This document shows positions 29,231-43,472 of a stretch of 64,000 bases of DNA, in pieces. The stretch spans positions 39,928,001 through 39,992,000 of the forward strand of contig JBITNC010000002.1 of the NCBI GenBank assembly GCA_050084985.1, written 5' to 3'. The position numbers and the translations under genes are program-made. Origin of the DNA: Nageia nagi. Lineage: Eukaryota > Plantae > Pinophyta. Each line of letters starts with the position of its first letter. The stretch's first letter is position 1. The notes beneath the pieces were generated by a model. The model searched no databases. It was not told where the DNA came from and saw nothing but the letters and a program-made list of their open reading frames with translations.

Positions 29231-29791
29231 GGTAGAGGATAGGATATACTGCTAGCAATGGGAATAGTACCCACCAATAGTTAGGTTGTGGACTTGGTTC
29301 CACACCATGTTGTATTATATGATTCTTTTATATATATATATATATATGATCTTTTGGCTCAATATTGTATTTAATATGTTTGATTTATTTTATTTTCTTT
29401 ATGAATATGAATGTGAATGGTTCAATTTTATTGTTGTATAATGTATGTTAAAATAATCATGTAAAATCACATAATGCAAGTTTCAAGAATAAGAAATAAG
29501 CATTCATCCAAGTACACTATATGCAAATTTAAATAATAACAAATTCATAAAATGAATTACAACATTTATTTATTCATTTTATTATTATCAAATGTGATTA
29601 AGCACTTGAAGCTCACATTGAATATCGAAAGGCACAATTGAACCTCCAAGCTAGGTTTTAAGGTACCAAATGAATCTATTACACACAAGTGCAAGTTTTT
29701 CCTTGTTAACAATATTAAATTTGCATTTTCATCACTTCAAATAGTTAAAAATGTATTAAGAATTAATATCAAGTTCATCCAAATGTTGATC

Positions 29792-30512
29792 CAAAATTTT
29801 GTAATTAATGAATAAATACATAAATAAATAAATGGTCTATGAATACAATGATTATACAATGATATGCTTTATATTAGATACACAGTGAATATACATGAAA
29901 CAAATAAAATTGATATAGAGTGGGCAAGTAGCTAGTTTGTGTACAATCCTCAAAGTATAAAAATAATGAATCTTTAGAGGATTGCAATCAAACTTTAGAT
30001 GCACTCATAATGAATATTTGCTATAATGGTACCATGAGTAATTCTCTAAAATATGGGCATTCCGATCTAAAAGGTGCACACCACTAGCTACATGGAAATG
30101 GTACATTGTTGGTTGCATAGAACCTAATGTTTTGTGTCCCACATAAAGGAGAGATAACAAAGCTTAGAGAGTATAATAAATTTCTCAAGATAGATGGCAT
30201 TAAGAGACACCGTAAGTTTGATGTTTGGGACAACCAGCTATTAGAGAGATCTGATAGGGATGTCAACCTTCACCTCTCATATTTATAACCTACAAGGAGA
30301 TAAAAAGGAGTGAAATTCAACACATAGAAATAAAAATAATCTTATATATATTCAATATAATTTAAAATATAAACCCTGGTGAATAATATTGCATTAGCCC
30401 TACACATGGTATTGCATTGTAATGGCAATTTATCTTGATTTATGTATTATTACCAATTAATCATTTAATGAGTCTAAATATGATTTATTAAATAAATAAT
30501 AAATCATTTTAG
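29792..30512 (-). repeat. Copy 2 of the direct repeat flanking the PMD pseudogene
   Basis: Aligns with 24755-25471. Minus-strand acceptor ttgtag|gtt near 30290. Confidence 0.7.
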
Positions 30513-31957
30513 GCATATAAAAAATCCATGGGATTGGCCATATCATTTCTATGATTAGTGAGGCCCTAGAGCCATCTACAATAATCCTATTAGAGGTAAC
30601 CTTGGTATAGGCTTCTTAGGTACAAAAAATACCATCACTATAGTACTCTTAAAGATCTATGATTGAGTTATTATAAGTGAGGTTCCCTCATTCCATATTT
30701 CAAATACAATTACATTATTTATTTTCATTCTTTTCCATTATCTCATTTTGCTTATACGTTGGATCTAGAAAGGGTTTTACATTTTTATTTAATGATTTAG
30801 CTTCATAAAGCCCTACATTGAGTACTTGAGCATAATTATAGTGTATTGCTTTATTTTTATAAATTTTAGCAATACATTGGTATTATTGTGTTATTTTATG
30901 CTAAATTAGATATGTTTGGAGTATTAAGGTAAATGTGCTTCTCCGAGGACATGTTTGAGCACGAGCCAATAACTTGGGCTCATCACAGTCGCATTAGAAC
31001 CTTGATTCTACCATCATGTCAAAATCAAGGATTTCACATGAATATTTTTTAACATGATCGAAAAAGCCTTGATATTTCTATCCTATTGGGTAAGAAGGCT
31101 AAGGAGAATTTTTGAAGGAGATCTCTTTGTCCTATTAGAGAGAAGTTGTTGAGTAAGATCTTATCATCCTATTGGAAGATATTAGGAGAATGTGATAATA
31201 CATCATAATTAAATTATCTTATAATCATATTGGTATCAAGAAAAGTGAAAGTTGAGGATATTTGAGGTATTCTTGTCCTTCAATCTAGTTCATCTATACA
31301 CTAAGGAGTTGATGTTGAGTTTCTAGCATTGGAATTGCTAGATCTAGATACTAAGGAGCTGATGTTGAGGTCCAAGGTATTGGATATCATTCTAAATATA
31401 TTTTATTACATTTATGGAGCTTCAATATTAAGATTTTTGAGTGTTAAAATTCAAATATGGGCTTGCTAACAAGGAAAATTTTAGAAGGCATCAAATTTAC
31501 AAAATTGAGAATCTTGGAGGCAGATGTTAGGGATCTAGAACTAGATCTTATCCTTGGAGCAATTCATTTGAATTTGTTTAAGAAATTTTAAAAATTCTAA
31601 AGGCTTTGAAGGGATCATCCAATTTGGTGATTAAATTATTTTTAAAATTTTGGTTATTTTCCATCAAAATGAGGTTCGTTTGAGGTATAAAGCTCTAAAT
31701 CTAAGTTTGGAGGAGATTGGAGGGATATCACTCCAAATTAGAAGGAAAAAAAGGTGTTTATTTGGTCTCAATAGGGATCATTTGAAATTTCTTAGTTTGT
31801 TGAGAAGATCATTTTTCATTTCTAAGGAGTTCATTTGACTAATGGGAGAGTTGAATTTCAAAATTTGATATACTTTTTTCTTGCTAATGATAAAATGGAG
31901 GCTACATATTTGGTTATTTTTGAGTAAATTTTGTATTTTCCTAATTTGGTTTATTAT

Positions 31958-33020
31958 AGTGTTATCAAAGCTTAGATCTTGCTAACCTATTAAGATAATT
32001 TGATGTGTTCTTGAACTCATGACTACTATCTTAGGAGGATCCAAATCTAGTAGCCTAATAAAAAAAACTACTTGAGGAAATAAAAGATCAACAAGTGTGA
32101 AGAGAAAGTGAGATGTATATCATAATTAAACTTATACCTTTCAACAACATAAATTAAACTTATACCTTTCAACAACATATTTATAATCAAACTGGCTAAA
32201 ATTTGTGTGAAGAACAACCACCTCACAATTGCATTTTATGATGAAAAAATCATTTACTTATTAGTTGTAATGGTGGTAAATCATTTCATGGATTTGGATG
32301 GTTATGAAATACTTAACTTTATTAACATGTTATTTAATGATAATAGGGTCCCAAAATCTAAATGCTCTTTGCATGAACATCAAGATATCCTAAAGGCATT
32401 AAAAGATAATACATAGCTTACACAAAATTAGCAAAGGAAATTTGTAGATTAGAAAAGAGTTGAGAGGATTTTTGCAGAGGGAGACATGGTCTATTTATGC
32501 CTTCAACCCTATAAATAATCTACATTGAAGAAGAGTGAAGTTGAGAAGTTGAAACCACATTATTATGGACCCTACAAAGTCTTATGTAGGATTAAAGAGA
32601 TTTTTTATGAGTTTGAGCCACCCACCTTTTAACAACAAAATTCACCATGTCTTCCATATTTCTAAATTGAATAAGGCTTTTGGATAACATGTTGCACCTT
32701 CTTCATATTTTCCCCGCTTAATGATGAAGGAAAATGGATATTGGAATCCAAAAACATCTTAGATAAAAAAGTTAAGAAGTTGAGAAACAAAGTCATTAGT
32801 GAGCACTTGTTGAAGTGGAAAGGCCTTACCAATTAAGGATGCTACATGGGAAGAATTTGAAATCCTTGATCACATAACCATGAATTACTTAGGGATAATT
32901 TTCGTAAAATCAATTTAGTAGGGATGCTATTTTAATGACCCAAAATTTAGCCCACTCATTCTTTGCAATCTAATATTTGAATGTGTTACTTGGTGTGAAA
33001 CATATCATTTCTAGAGTTAG
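31958..33020 (+). mobile_element. Internally deleted Ty3/gypsy chromovirus remnant
   Basis: PBS-like gtgttatcaaagc at about 31959, GDMVYLCLQPYK*STLKKSEVEKLKPHYYGPYKV, HHVFHIS and chromodomain EHLLKWKGL..ATWE. LTR-like start near 32931. Confidence 0.8.
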
Positions 33021-33179
33021 TTAGTGAAGGAATTTAATGTTCCATAATTTCCCATCTCCCACAAGGGCATATCAACAAAAACTTCTCAACATAAATTGTG
33101 ACATTCTTAAGAGGTTGAAGAATATGGAAGTTAAGATAATAGAATAAGGCATGATCAAATCATCTTATAATACTATATG

Positions 33180-34300
33180 TAATGACCCTATCAACCCCAA
33201 TGTTCCAACCAAACAATTTCCTTTTGTATGAGATACCAAAAAATGAGAAATATAAGGATGAGGAGGACCTTAGAGAGAATCTTAGATTGTTCAAGTATTC
33301 ATGTTATCTCTTAAAAAATGATGACTCGCTCATTCTTGGATAATTTCCTATAACACTTACAAGGAAAGCAATGTATTTGTAGAACAACAAGCCATAACAT
33401 AATCTATACACTTTTAATAAATTAACGAACCAATTTTTGGATAATTTCTCAATCAATGTTTGTAAAAGATCTTCTATTACAAATTTAACTTAGTTTCAAT
33501 AATTTTATGGCTAATCAATAATGAACTATATATCTAGTTGAAAAATATTTATAGCATATATGACATATTCTTTACAATAAGAGGAACTTGCAAAGCTCTT
33601 CAATAAAAGTTATAGAAAATATAGATCATAAATATTACAAATCTAATGAGGATACTATAGCACAAGAAAAGTTAATTAAGGAGATTAAGGTACAAGAGCA
33701 TGAAATAAAACTAAAGAAAAAGTAAAATTACCTATAATATTGTAACATAAATAAAAATAGTGACTTATTAATACTTCCTACAATCATACTAGACCTAGGT
33801 GAAAACATCTCCCCTTGCACATAATTACATATGTAGATAATTGTCCATTCAAGAAGTTTTGGTAGATAATGAGTTAATAATAAATGTTATATCATTAGTG
33901 TCTCTACAATAATTGAAGATTCCTTTTTCAAACTTAAATGATATAATGCTTACTTTTAAGATATTTTAACAATATATTATATTCCACTTTAGGAACTATT
34001 TTGTATCATTAAGGTAGGGATAAAGAGAATATGAATACCATTTTATGTGGTTGAAGGAGATACGTAATACAATCTTTTATTGGGGTATCCTTGGATTAGG
34101 GAGATAAAGTGTGTCCCTTCTACTTTGTATGAGTGCTTAAATTATATTTATGAGGATGTAGTTCATTATATCTTAAAGGATCCAAATCCGTTTACTCATA
34201 ACAATGTTATCCATATATCAAGGCATCCAAGTGCCTTTAACACATTTTCTTTCAATTTGATTCATGTGAATGATATTCCACTTGATAATTACATAACTTA
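33180..34300 (+). mobile_element. Tat/Athila-type gypsy gag-protease remnant
   Basis: FPITLTRKAMY (gag) and YNLLLGYPWIREIKCVPSTLYECL (protease C-terminus, cf. LLGRPWIH..AVPSTLHQCL). Confidence 0.75.
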
Positions 34301-35149
34301 ACATGCATGTCCATCACAATATCAACTTGTAGATCAAAATAATTCACAACCAAGGAATCCTCCTCAAGTATAGCAACAATCATCACAAGCAATAATACCC
34401 AAAGCTACCATTGATCTGAAAGGGTTGATTTTAGAATTTTGATCATTAGGAGTGGAGATGCAAATCATCAGATGTCTCTATGCTATGTATTATACATGTT
34501 CCATCAATTTGATGACTTGGTTATATATGAATTAGATCATAAACAATATGTTTCTAATAAAAGAAATCATCAATGGTCTTCTTCTTGATTTCATATGTGG
34601 ATAAATTAAAATAGTTGGAGGCATTTATAGTTTAAGAGGAATTTTTTTCTTCTATATATCCTCTAAGATAGTTCAATTGGAGGTTGTTTATTGTTGTTGA
34701 ACATATAATGAGTGTTCTTAAGCTATGTTTATGTTTGAGAATCCATTGGGAACTAAGGAGGAGATCCAAGAAGTGTTGCAGACTGTAGAGGGGTATTTAT
34801 TACTACTGTAGGTAGTGTTACTCTATATTCTTGGATTTTTAATGCTTCATTTAGGCCCATTAAAATTAGATATATATTCACACTAGATATACTCTCATAT
34901 TGAGAAGAACCATTATAAATTTATATGTTAAAATTGGGTGTACATTTGTATTTCATATTATTGTTACTTACTTCATTATCTTAGTAATTTACATTACATG
35001 CATATTTAAAATTGATAACATAGAGGAATAAATAAAATAATAATTTAAGAAATTTGCATATGAATATCCTTGAATACCATATCTTACAAGATTTTATTGA
35101 TCATCTATTATTAAGGTGTAAGTTTGCATTTGAGGCTTATGGATGAAAA

Positions 35150-38100
35150 TGAAGTTTTATGATTAAACATAAAATAAGAACAATCACTCAAATTGTTAAA
35201 AATTTGCAATGCAATTAAATGCATTCACCATAAATTATCATTTTTGAAATGGAGACATTCATAAATCTGGAATAACATGAGAATGGATCTAAAAAGAAGC
35301 TTTATTTAAGAACTTAATGAAGAGATACATTACAACATGGTTTTATTGAACCCATCATGTTGCAACAGGTATGGATCTCATATATATAATACAAATCATG
35401 CTCCATTTTCCACTCTACTCCATTCTATCTTCTACTACAACATGAACTCTCTTTTAAGCTTGCAAAATGCAACTATAAGGGAAACTCTCGAATGTAACTT
35501 CTACAACTACAAAAAACTACCATTTAAACAAATAAGATATATGGAATTGTATCCACTTACAAAATATGAAATATTAAAATATTTCCTAACACCTAAACAT
35601 CTAAATTCTTATTTCCTACATTCTCCCCCTTGATGATTTCAAGGAGTTATTAGAAGCATCACAAATTGGATATGTCTCCTTTTTCTCTTCTTCCAATTTA
35701 CCAGTAAGAAACTATCAAGTTTAAAAAGTTTGAGTTGACATTCTTCACATATTCATTCTTCAAACAAGATCACAAAATTCTTTCCTTTTTCCTATAAATA
35801 AAACTTCACAAGTAATGGAACCATTAGAGAATACATCCCCTTGCATCATAAAACTCACAATTTTTGTCCAAAAGCTCATTTTCAACAAAATTGTGCCAAC
35901 AAAATTTTGGATCATTAACATTGACCCATTTATCATCATGTTGATTACTTTGCTTCAATTCACTCATCCAAATCATTGTTTCACAAATCTTCACACAAAC
36001 CATCAAGCCAAATAATACCAAGCATTGGCTAATCATGTAACCAATCATCAAAAGTGCTTCTTCAATCAAAAAATCACTTTTATTCATGCATTGTATAACC
36101 AATGTATATTTTCCCCTAAACTCATCATTCTTTAAGAAACATTCCTTATTAAACATTGGCAAAGACTAAACCATATTTCTCCAATAGCACTCAAAATTCC
36201 AATTAGAAATGCCAATGTACATACAAAATTTAGCTCCAAAAAACTTACCCACATTTTGTAATTTACAAACATCATGTTCAACCATGAATATCCTTTTCAA
36301 AAACTTCATCCAACCATCACATTCATCAATAAAACTACATTGCAAAATAGTATTTTCAATCATAACATTATTTCTCACAATCTTCAACAAGTTTCATCTT
36401 TTCAACTTTCAATATTGTAACTTTCAAATATTTTTTTCCATAAGATTTCAACTTTCTCAACAAATTATTCTCAAATCTGAACCATGCATCTTTGTCAAAC
36501 TTTAAATTTACACCAAACAAATAAGTTCCAATTTCCAAGATTGCTTTTAAAGTAACTTTCTCACCAAGGATTTGCAAACAACAATTGTTCACATCATAAA
36601 TCACATTACATACTTTTGTACATTCATGTTTATTCTCCATAATAAACTCATTTTTCTCACCAAAAAATGTAATTTTATCATCACAAAAAGCATCAAATTC
36701 ATCTTTCATAAAATATTCTTTACTATTCTCTTCAATCAACCACATATTTTTCAAACTGGAGGAGTAAATAGTAGTAGTGATATCACAAAAAGCATGCAAA
36801 TCATAAAAGAAACTATAATTTTTATTAGCCAAACTAGCCTTTACAAGAAATCATCAACAACTTTCTCAACTTTTCCCCTTTTTGGAGGTTCTCCAACTAC
36901 ATCATTCTTTTCCCCCTTTGGAGAAACTTCAAAACTTGTGCAAGCCTCTTCTCCAAAACCTACAACTTTATTAATATCAAACTGATTTGCATTAGTATAA
37001 ACATAAAAAATATCAAATTCAAAATTTTCATCATCCCCTTCAAGAGGTTTAGGATCTATGGGTGTCTCTTTCATGAGACAATGTTCTACAAAATCTTAAA
37101 CTTGGTGTGCATACTCCATGTAGCCATCACCAATCCTTCCACATGTGTCTCTCCCTCCATGAAGAAAATGGAAAAAATTTTAATAGGAAAACCATGGGAT
37201 TTCCTCTCCCATTCTTCTATAGGTTTTTCATCTAACTCTGTAACAACTCTACACTCTTCTTCTTCATTCTCTTTTCCTATACATGAACTTCCTTGGGAAG
37301 CAAACATAGATTTTTTTGGAGGTTCTTCTCATAGACATTACAAGTCTCTTACTACAAATAAACATATTCACAAGGTTGAAAACAAAAAAGTTCACAATAC
37401 AAGGCTCATCTTCCTTTCCCATAAGGTCATCATTCACAAACTTATAATATTGTAGATTACTATTCATCTCATTACAATATAACTTACAATTTTCATTTCC
37501 AAAACTAACATTCAATTCTCTCTAAACATTAAATGTTATTTTGTAATTTTTAATAAGAAGGAAAATATTTTTTTTTATACCTCTTTGCAATGACATGAGT
37601 GCCAAATAATTTTTTGTTGTTCCTCCTTCTTCAAACATCTCTCTTCAACTTCAAAGTTGCTCCAATTCTTAGGTTATGTATAACCTTGTTCTATAATGTC
37701 CCAAATATCAATACCCATTAACCAAGTTTCCATATTTATTTTCCAAAATTGAAAATATTCTCCATCAAAAACTAGAGTTGGAAGATCAGTATTGTTAGCC
37801 ATTATAGCCAAAGCAATTGTAAATGGGTTATGGAATCAACCAGAAGGAAACTCCTTCATGATTCTCACAAGTTTTCTAATCTACAAAGGGTCAAGTTTGA
37901 TCACCAAAATTTGAAATAAACAACTCAAAAATAAATTAATATGATATTTTGCAAAATAAATCATACATTGTTGCTACCTTTATCATGGAATGCAATCACA
38001 CATATTCACTATGTTGGTATAAAGTAATTCTTTGCACTGACTAATCAATCTCATAGAACTATGTCAAACAATGACCTAACTACCCTTCATGGCCCTTCAC

Positions 38101-39662
38101 TACACTTCTCACCATTCCAAAGCATGCAACATGCTTCACATGGATGTTAATAAGGAATTACATCAAATAATACCCAATTTTTTTGCATATACTATAATCA
38201 AATAGTGTGTTTCCTTCACATTATGTAATCCTTGATTGGGTGCCACAATATGCACCAAATATCACCATAGGGTTATCCTTCATGTAACATAGGTATAGTA
38301 TTTGGAATATGCTCTACTCCCTAATTTTATCTTCATGATGGAATGGCTTCTCTTGTGCATTTTATCAAACAATACACAAGCCTTTTGAAGTTTCCAATTT
38401 TGCATGCATGTCATAGAGAACATCCATCACCTAGATTTCTCCACAAAATTAGGAAATAAATAATTATTTATCATCATATTTCACATCATGTAACATCAAT
38501 TTTATGTAATATCATTTCCTTCTCCATTCTTCTCGACCTCTCTCCTTTCCTAGACGGTGTTGATATTATTTTACCAAATGTAATGAATAGTGTAATAGTC
38601 AAACTAGATCAATTTATATTTCCTAGCATCCTTAGTGCATGCAACAAAGTCACACCTCCAACATCATGTAGTATAGGTTATATATTTGAAATATACTATT
38701 ACTATTATTGCATTCAACCAAACTACATTTCGATGTGGTATTTTATCGAATAAGTCACTTATCTTCTCTACACTACCATGAACTTGTTGGGTAGTCAATC
38801 ACAAAATGATTTTCAACAACTTTATGATGGATTTCCATGGTCTTATAAAGATCCATGACACCTCACACTTGTACATATCCCACGATCAATGTGATTGGTA
38901 ATCAAATAATTTGTAGGCCCTTTCAATGCATTCATTGTGTGCACAATATATAATCATTGCATTCACTAAAACTCCATGTTTCATTTTGATAGCAAACATC
39001 CTTTTATAAATTACCACCAATCATCCATGGTGGCTCTTCATAAAAGTAATGGTCACTTCAAACCCATATATATACCTTTTGCAATTTTTATCTCTTACAG
39101 AGTTTTCACATTTAAATTGGACTCACAATCCATAAGATTTTTAAACCCAAAAAATAACCAGATCTCTCTCTAGCATGATTTCATTGGATCTAATACCAAA
39201 TGAAGTTTTATTATCAAACATAAAATAAGAAAAATCACTCAAATTGTTAAACATTACAATGCAATTAAATGCATTCACCATAAATCATCATTTTAGAATT
39301 GGAGACATTCACAAATCTGCAATAACATGAGAATAGATCTAAAAAGAAGCTTTATTCAAGAACTTAATGAAGAGATACATTACAACATGGTTTTACTAAA
39401 ACCCTCATGTTGACACAGGTATGGATCTCATAGATCTAATACAAATCATGATCCATTTTCCACTCTACTCCATTCTAGCTTCTACTACAACATGAACTCT
39501 CTTTTAAGCTTGCAAAATACAACTGTAAGGGAAAATCCCAAATGTAACTTCTACAACTACAAAAAACTACCATTTACTCAAATACGATATGTGGAATTAT
39601 ATCCACTTACAAAATATGAAATATTAAAATATTTCCTACCACCTAAAGTCTTATTTCCTACA
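35150..39662 (-). mobile_element. Structurally complete non-autonomous copia-derived element (TR-GAG/LARD-like, 4.5 kb)
   Basis: LTRs at 35150-35620 and 39201-39662 (TG...CA), PBS 39187-39198, PPT 35621-35632, TSD gaaaa/aaaaa. Gag N-terminus MANNTDLPTLVFDGEYFQFWKINMETWLMGIDIWDIIEQGY from 37802. No pol motifs seen. Confidence 0.88.
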
Positions 39663-42600
39663 AAAAAGTATAAGATCCAAAATATTTGAGTAGGTTACTC
39701 CAAATCCAAAAAATTGGTAGAAGGAAAAAAAGAGAAACTTTCATGGAAAGAGAAGAGAAAGGGTATACTAAAACTATAATGTCTAATTCAAATTTTAAGA
39801 TAAGATTCATTACATTGAAGAGTAACATAGCTTGACTCATGGACATGATTTTGGGAAGATAACCCAAAAATAAAGATAAAATATAATATATGAATATGGA
39901 AAGAGGTCCAAATGCTGATCAAACTTAATCATATTCTTATATTTATTTCAAAGTAGAGGTAAATATGAACATTCCAAATTTTGGAGGAAAGGTTTACATT
40001 GATAAATTGAATAAGTGGTTGAAGCAATTAGAAATATATTTTTAGATTGAAGGTGTTTTTGATGAAGTACATAAAATCTCTTTAACAAGATTAGAAATAG
40101 GTTGACATACTTTGACTTGGTGGGAGAGTCATATGGAATCCCTGAAGCATGATAACTAACCATATATATCTTCTTAGGAAGAATCTAAAAACCTACTTAA
40201 AGATCAATTATATTTAATGGGTTATCATAAGAAACTCATGAAATGGTATTTTTTTTAGACAATAAAAAGGGAAAATTGTCCAAGAATATACTACATAATT
40301 TAGGAAACAAGCTACCTTGCTTGGGATTTATGTAAAATATCTTTAAGTGCTAATGAATTATATTAGAGGATTAAATATCTATTTACAAAAGAAAATAATG
40401 TTGTTTACTCCTACAGATCTTGATCAAGTGAGTGTCCAAACTCAATATTTGGAAGAAGATGGGAGATAAATATAATAATATGAAAACTCCAAGAAAAATT
40501 AAAATCAAAAGGGTCCATAAGAGAGATGAAATTATCAAGATAAAGATAAGGGAAATAAATGTGAAAAGATCAATACTGTAAATACCACAAAGAAAGAGGG
40601 TGATAATGGCCATTATTCCCATTGTGACAAGGATGGACATGGAGATGATAAGTGTTAGAAGCTTCATCTTAAATTGTATCCATATAACAAGAAGAATTGA
40701 GAAAATAAGAATGAAATGGTCACTAAGTTTGATAATGGTGAGGATATATCTAATGTAGATAAGAAAATCAATTACATAGCAATCCAAATAATTGGAGATC
40801 TCAAGAGCATTGAGGACTAAAACACAAAACAATTCCATATCAAGATCTATGCAAACAAGACAAGAATTGATTCCATTATTGACCATAGTTCTAAATTTAA
40901 CCTTATTGCTGAAATTTTGGTAAATGAATTGGGATTGAAGACTTACAATCATCCTAATCCATATCCTTTGGGATGGGTGCACAATGATGTCAAGTTACAA
41001 ATCACTACTTGTAATGTAAGTTTAAATATTCTATTAATGCAAAATTTGTTAATGACCTGGTAGTTGATGTGGTACCTTTAGAAATTTATGGTGTTGTATT
41101 TGGAAATCCTTACTTCTGAGATAGAGATTTCATTTATTATAGGAGAAAAAATAATATAAATTAATCAAATATGGAATAGCCTATAATGTTTATCAACATA
41201 GAAGCATAAAATGGATACCTTTGGTGATACCCAACTACGTAAATTTCCTAAAAAATGCAAGTAAGAAGTTTATTCTAATCATGCTCTAGATTTATGGGGG
41301 TAATACTATCAAAATTGGACCACCAATGGTCTATGTATAGTTTCTACATTGTTAGTGATACTAAATAAATAAGATAAACAAATACAAAAAAATATTCAAG
41401 AATTTTAGGAATTATTTTTTGGGCCAAAAGGACTACCATCTAAGTGGGAAATTCAACATGAGATTTAATTATTTCCTAATGCACCTATTCCAAATACAAT
41501 ATTATATAGGAAATAAAGTTTGGAGTGTGAAGAAATCGAGAGTCAAATTTAGGAGCTAGTAGATCAAGTATGATCAAACCTAGCTCATCTTCATATAGAT
41601 CACTTATTATTTTGGTACCTAAAATGGATGGATATTGAATAATGTGTGTTAATTCTAGGGTATTAAATAAAATTACTATCAATAATCTCTATCCATTACC
41701 TTAGATAGATGATCTTATGGATCAATTGCAAGGTGTAAGATACTTCACTAAGTTGGACTTAAGGAGTAGATATCATCAAGTAAGAATCAACTAAGAGGAT
41801 ATTTGGAATAATTTCTTCAAGACAAGACTAAGCCTATATGAATGGCTTATTTTTTCATTTAGTTTGTGTAATGCACTAGCTACTTTGATGAGAGTGATGA
41901 ATGATATTCTTAGGCCATTCATTTATTATTTTGTTATTGTTTACTTGGATGATATTCTTATGTATAGCCATACTTGGGAGGATCATTCAATACATCATAA
42001 ATTAAGTGTTCCAAATTTTGTAAAAGAAAAACTTATTGTTAAAAATGAGTAAATATGAGTTTTGTAAGCAATCTTTGGTGTATTTAGGCTATCTCATTGG
42101 TGGAGGTAAACTTAAAATAGATCTTGAAAAAGTTAGAGCCATTATGGAATGACCAATACCAAGCAATGTGATTGAAATAAGGATTTTCTTAAGGATGGTT
42201 CAATACCTTAGAAAATTTATTGCTTATTTTTTCCAATATTGGTTCACCTTTATATGGCATTATATGAAAGAAGCAAAGGTTTCAATGGGAAAAGAAGAAT
42301 CAAACATATTTTGACTTGTTGATGCAAAAGATTAGTAATGTACCTATTTAGTCACTCCCTAATTTATACTAGCCTTTTGATATTGAGGTTGATACTAGTG
42401 AGTATGCAATGGAGCTAATTTTGATGTAAGGAAGAAGACCTATTTGTTATCATTTCAATAATTTTAGTGGGAAAATTTTGAACTATCCTACGTATGACAA
42501 GGAGTTATTTATATTGGTCCAACCAATGAAGAAATGGAAGTATTATTTGATGTCAAAGGATATAATAATTCATATTGATCATCAACCATTGCAATACTTG

Positions 42601-43472
42601 CAAATTCAATTGAAGTTCCAAGAAACAAGATACTATAATTCCATTTGGGATTTCTAAAATAGTTTCATATGGTCATAAAATATAAGAAGAGTAGTACAAA
42701 CAAGATTATTGGTATTATTTTTGAACCTCCTACTACATGATTTGGATTGCCAGCAACCTACTTTGTAAGTTTTACATCGAAAATGGTCTATTAGTAGAGT
42801 AATTTGGCTTCTTTAACTGTCATGAAATTTTGTACATTCATTAATGGGACTTTTTAAGAGGTATATTTATAGGGTTTTTATTTTGGAGAGGTTTATCAAA
42901 GGAAAAAATAATCATTTAAGCTATATTTTGAAGGTTTGGATGAGAATCATCTCAAAGATGGACTTATCTACAACTTTAATAATTTATGTGTTCCTAGAGG
43001 TGAGAGAATCCAATTGATTAGAGAGACACATAATAAAATTACTTAATATTTTGAAGTTGGAAAGATAATTGCAAATTTGAAAAGGTATACGTATTGGCCT
43101 AAAATAAAAGAAAGAGTTGTCAAGTATATTAGAGGGTGTGTAATATGTTGTATTAGAAATAGGAAATTAGATTTTTATATGCCACTTCCAATTTCAAATC
43201 ATCCCTGAGAGAGTATATCCATGAATTTTGTAGGTTGATTACTTATGCGAAAAAAGGGGACATGATTATTTTTTGTATTAGTTGATAGATTTAGCAAGAT
43301 GTGTGTTCTAATTCCATATAATAAGATAATTATGAATTAAGAAGTTGCAAATCATTCTTTTCTCATTTATGTGTTCATTTTGGTTTGCTTCTATTTTTTC
43401 TAATAGAGATTCCATATGTTTGGAAAAAAATTGGACTTATTTGTAGGGGAAGATGGACAAAAGGTTGAAGAA
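39663..43472 (+). mobile_element. Degenerate Ty3/gypsy gag-pol (gag, PR, RT, RNase H, partial INT)
   Basis: IPNFGGK..LNKWLKQLE, IDSIIDHSSKFNLI..HPNPYPLGWV, FTKLDLRSRYHQV, FVIVYLDDILMYS, EVDTSEYA, YPTYDKEL, IIIHIDHQPL and LVDRFSKM. Truncated within the integrase. Confidence 0.92.

Larger units (their letters stand above)
23838..30781 (+). mobile_element. Probable gypsy solo LTR split by a Mutator-related insertion
   Basis: Start t(t)taatatcccc and end agggttttaca resemble TGTAATATCCC...GGGTATTACA termini. Flanks ttatt/ttttt differ at one base. Confidence 0.4.

Noticed and set aside
34400-34900. LINE ORF1 (DUF4283-like) remnant
   Set aside because: Resemblance is too weak to support without a profile search.
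40383-40982. 199-aa hydrophobic minus-strand ORF resembling a membrane protein
   Set aside because: It is the antisense of an A-rich gypsy gag/protease region, and the hydrophobicity is a compositional artefact.
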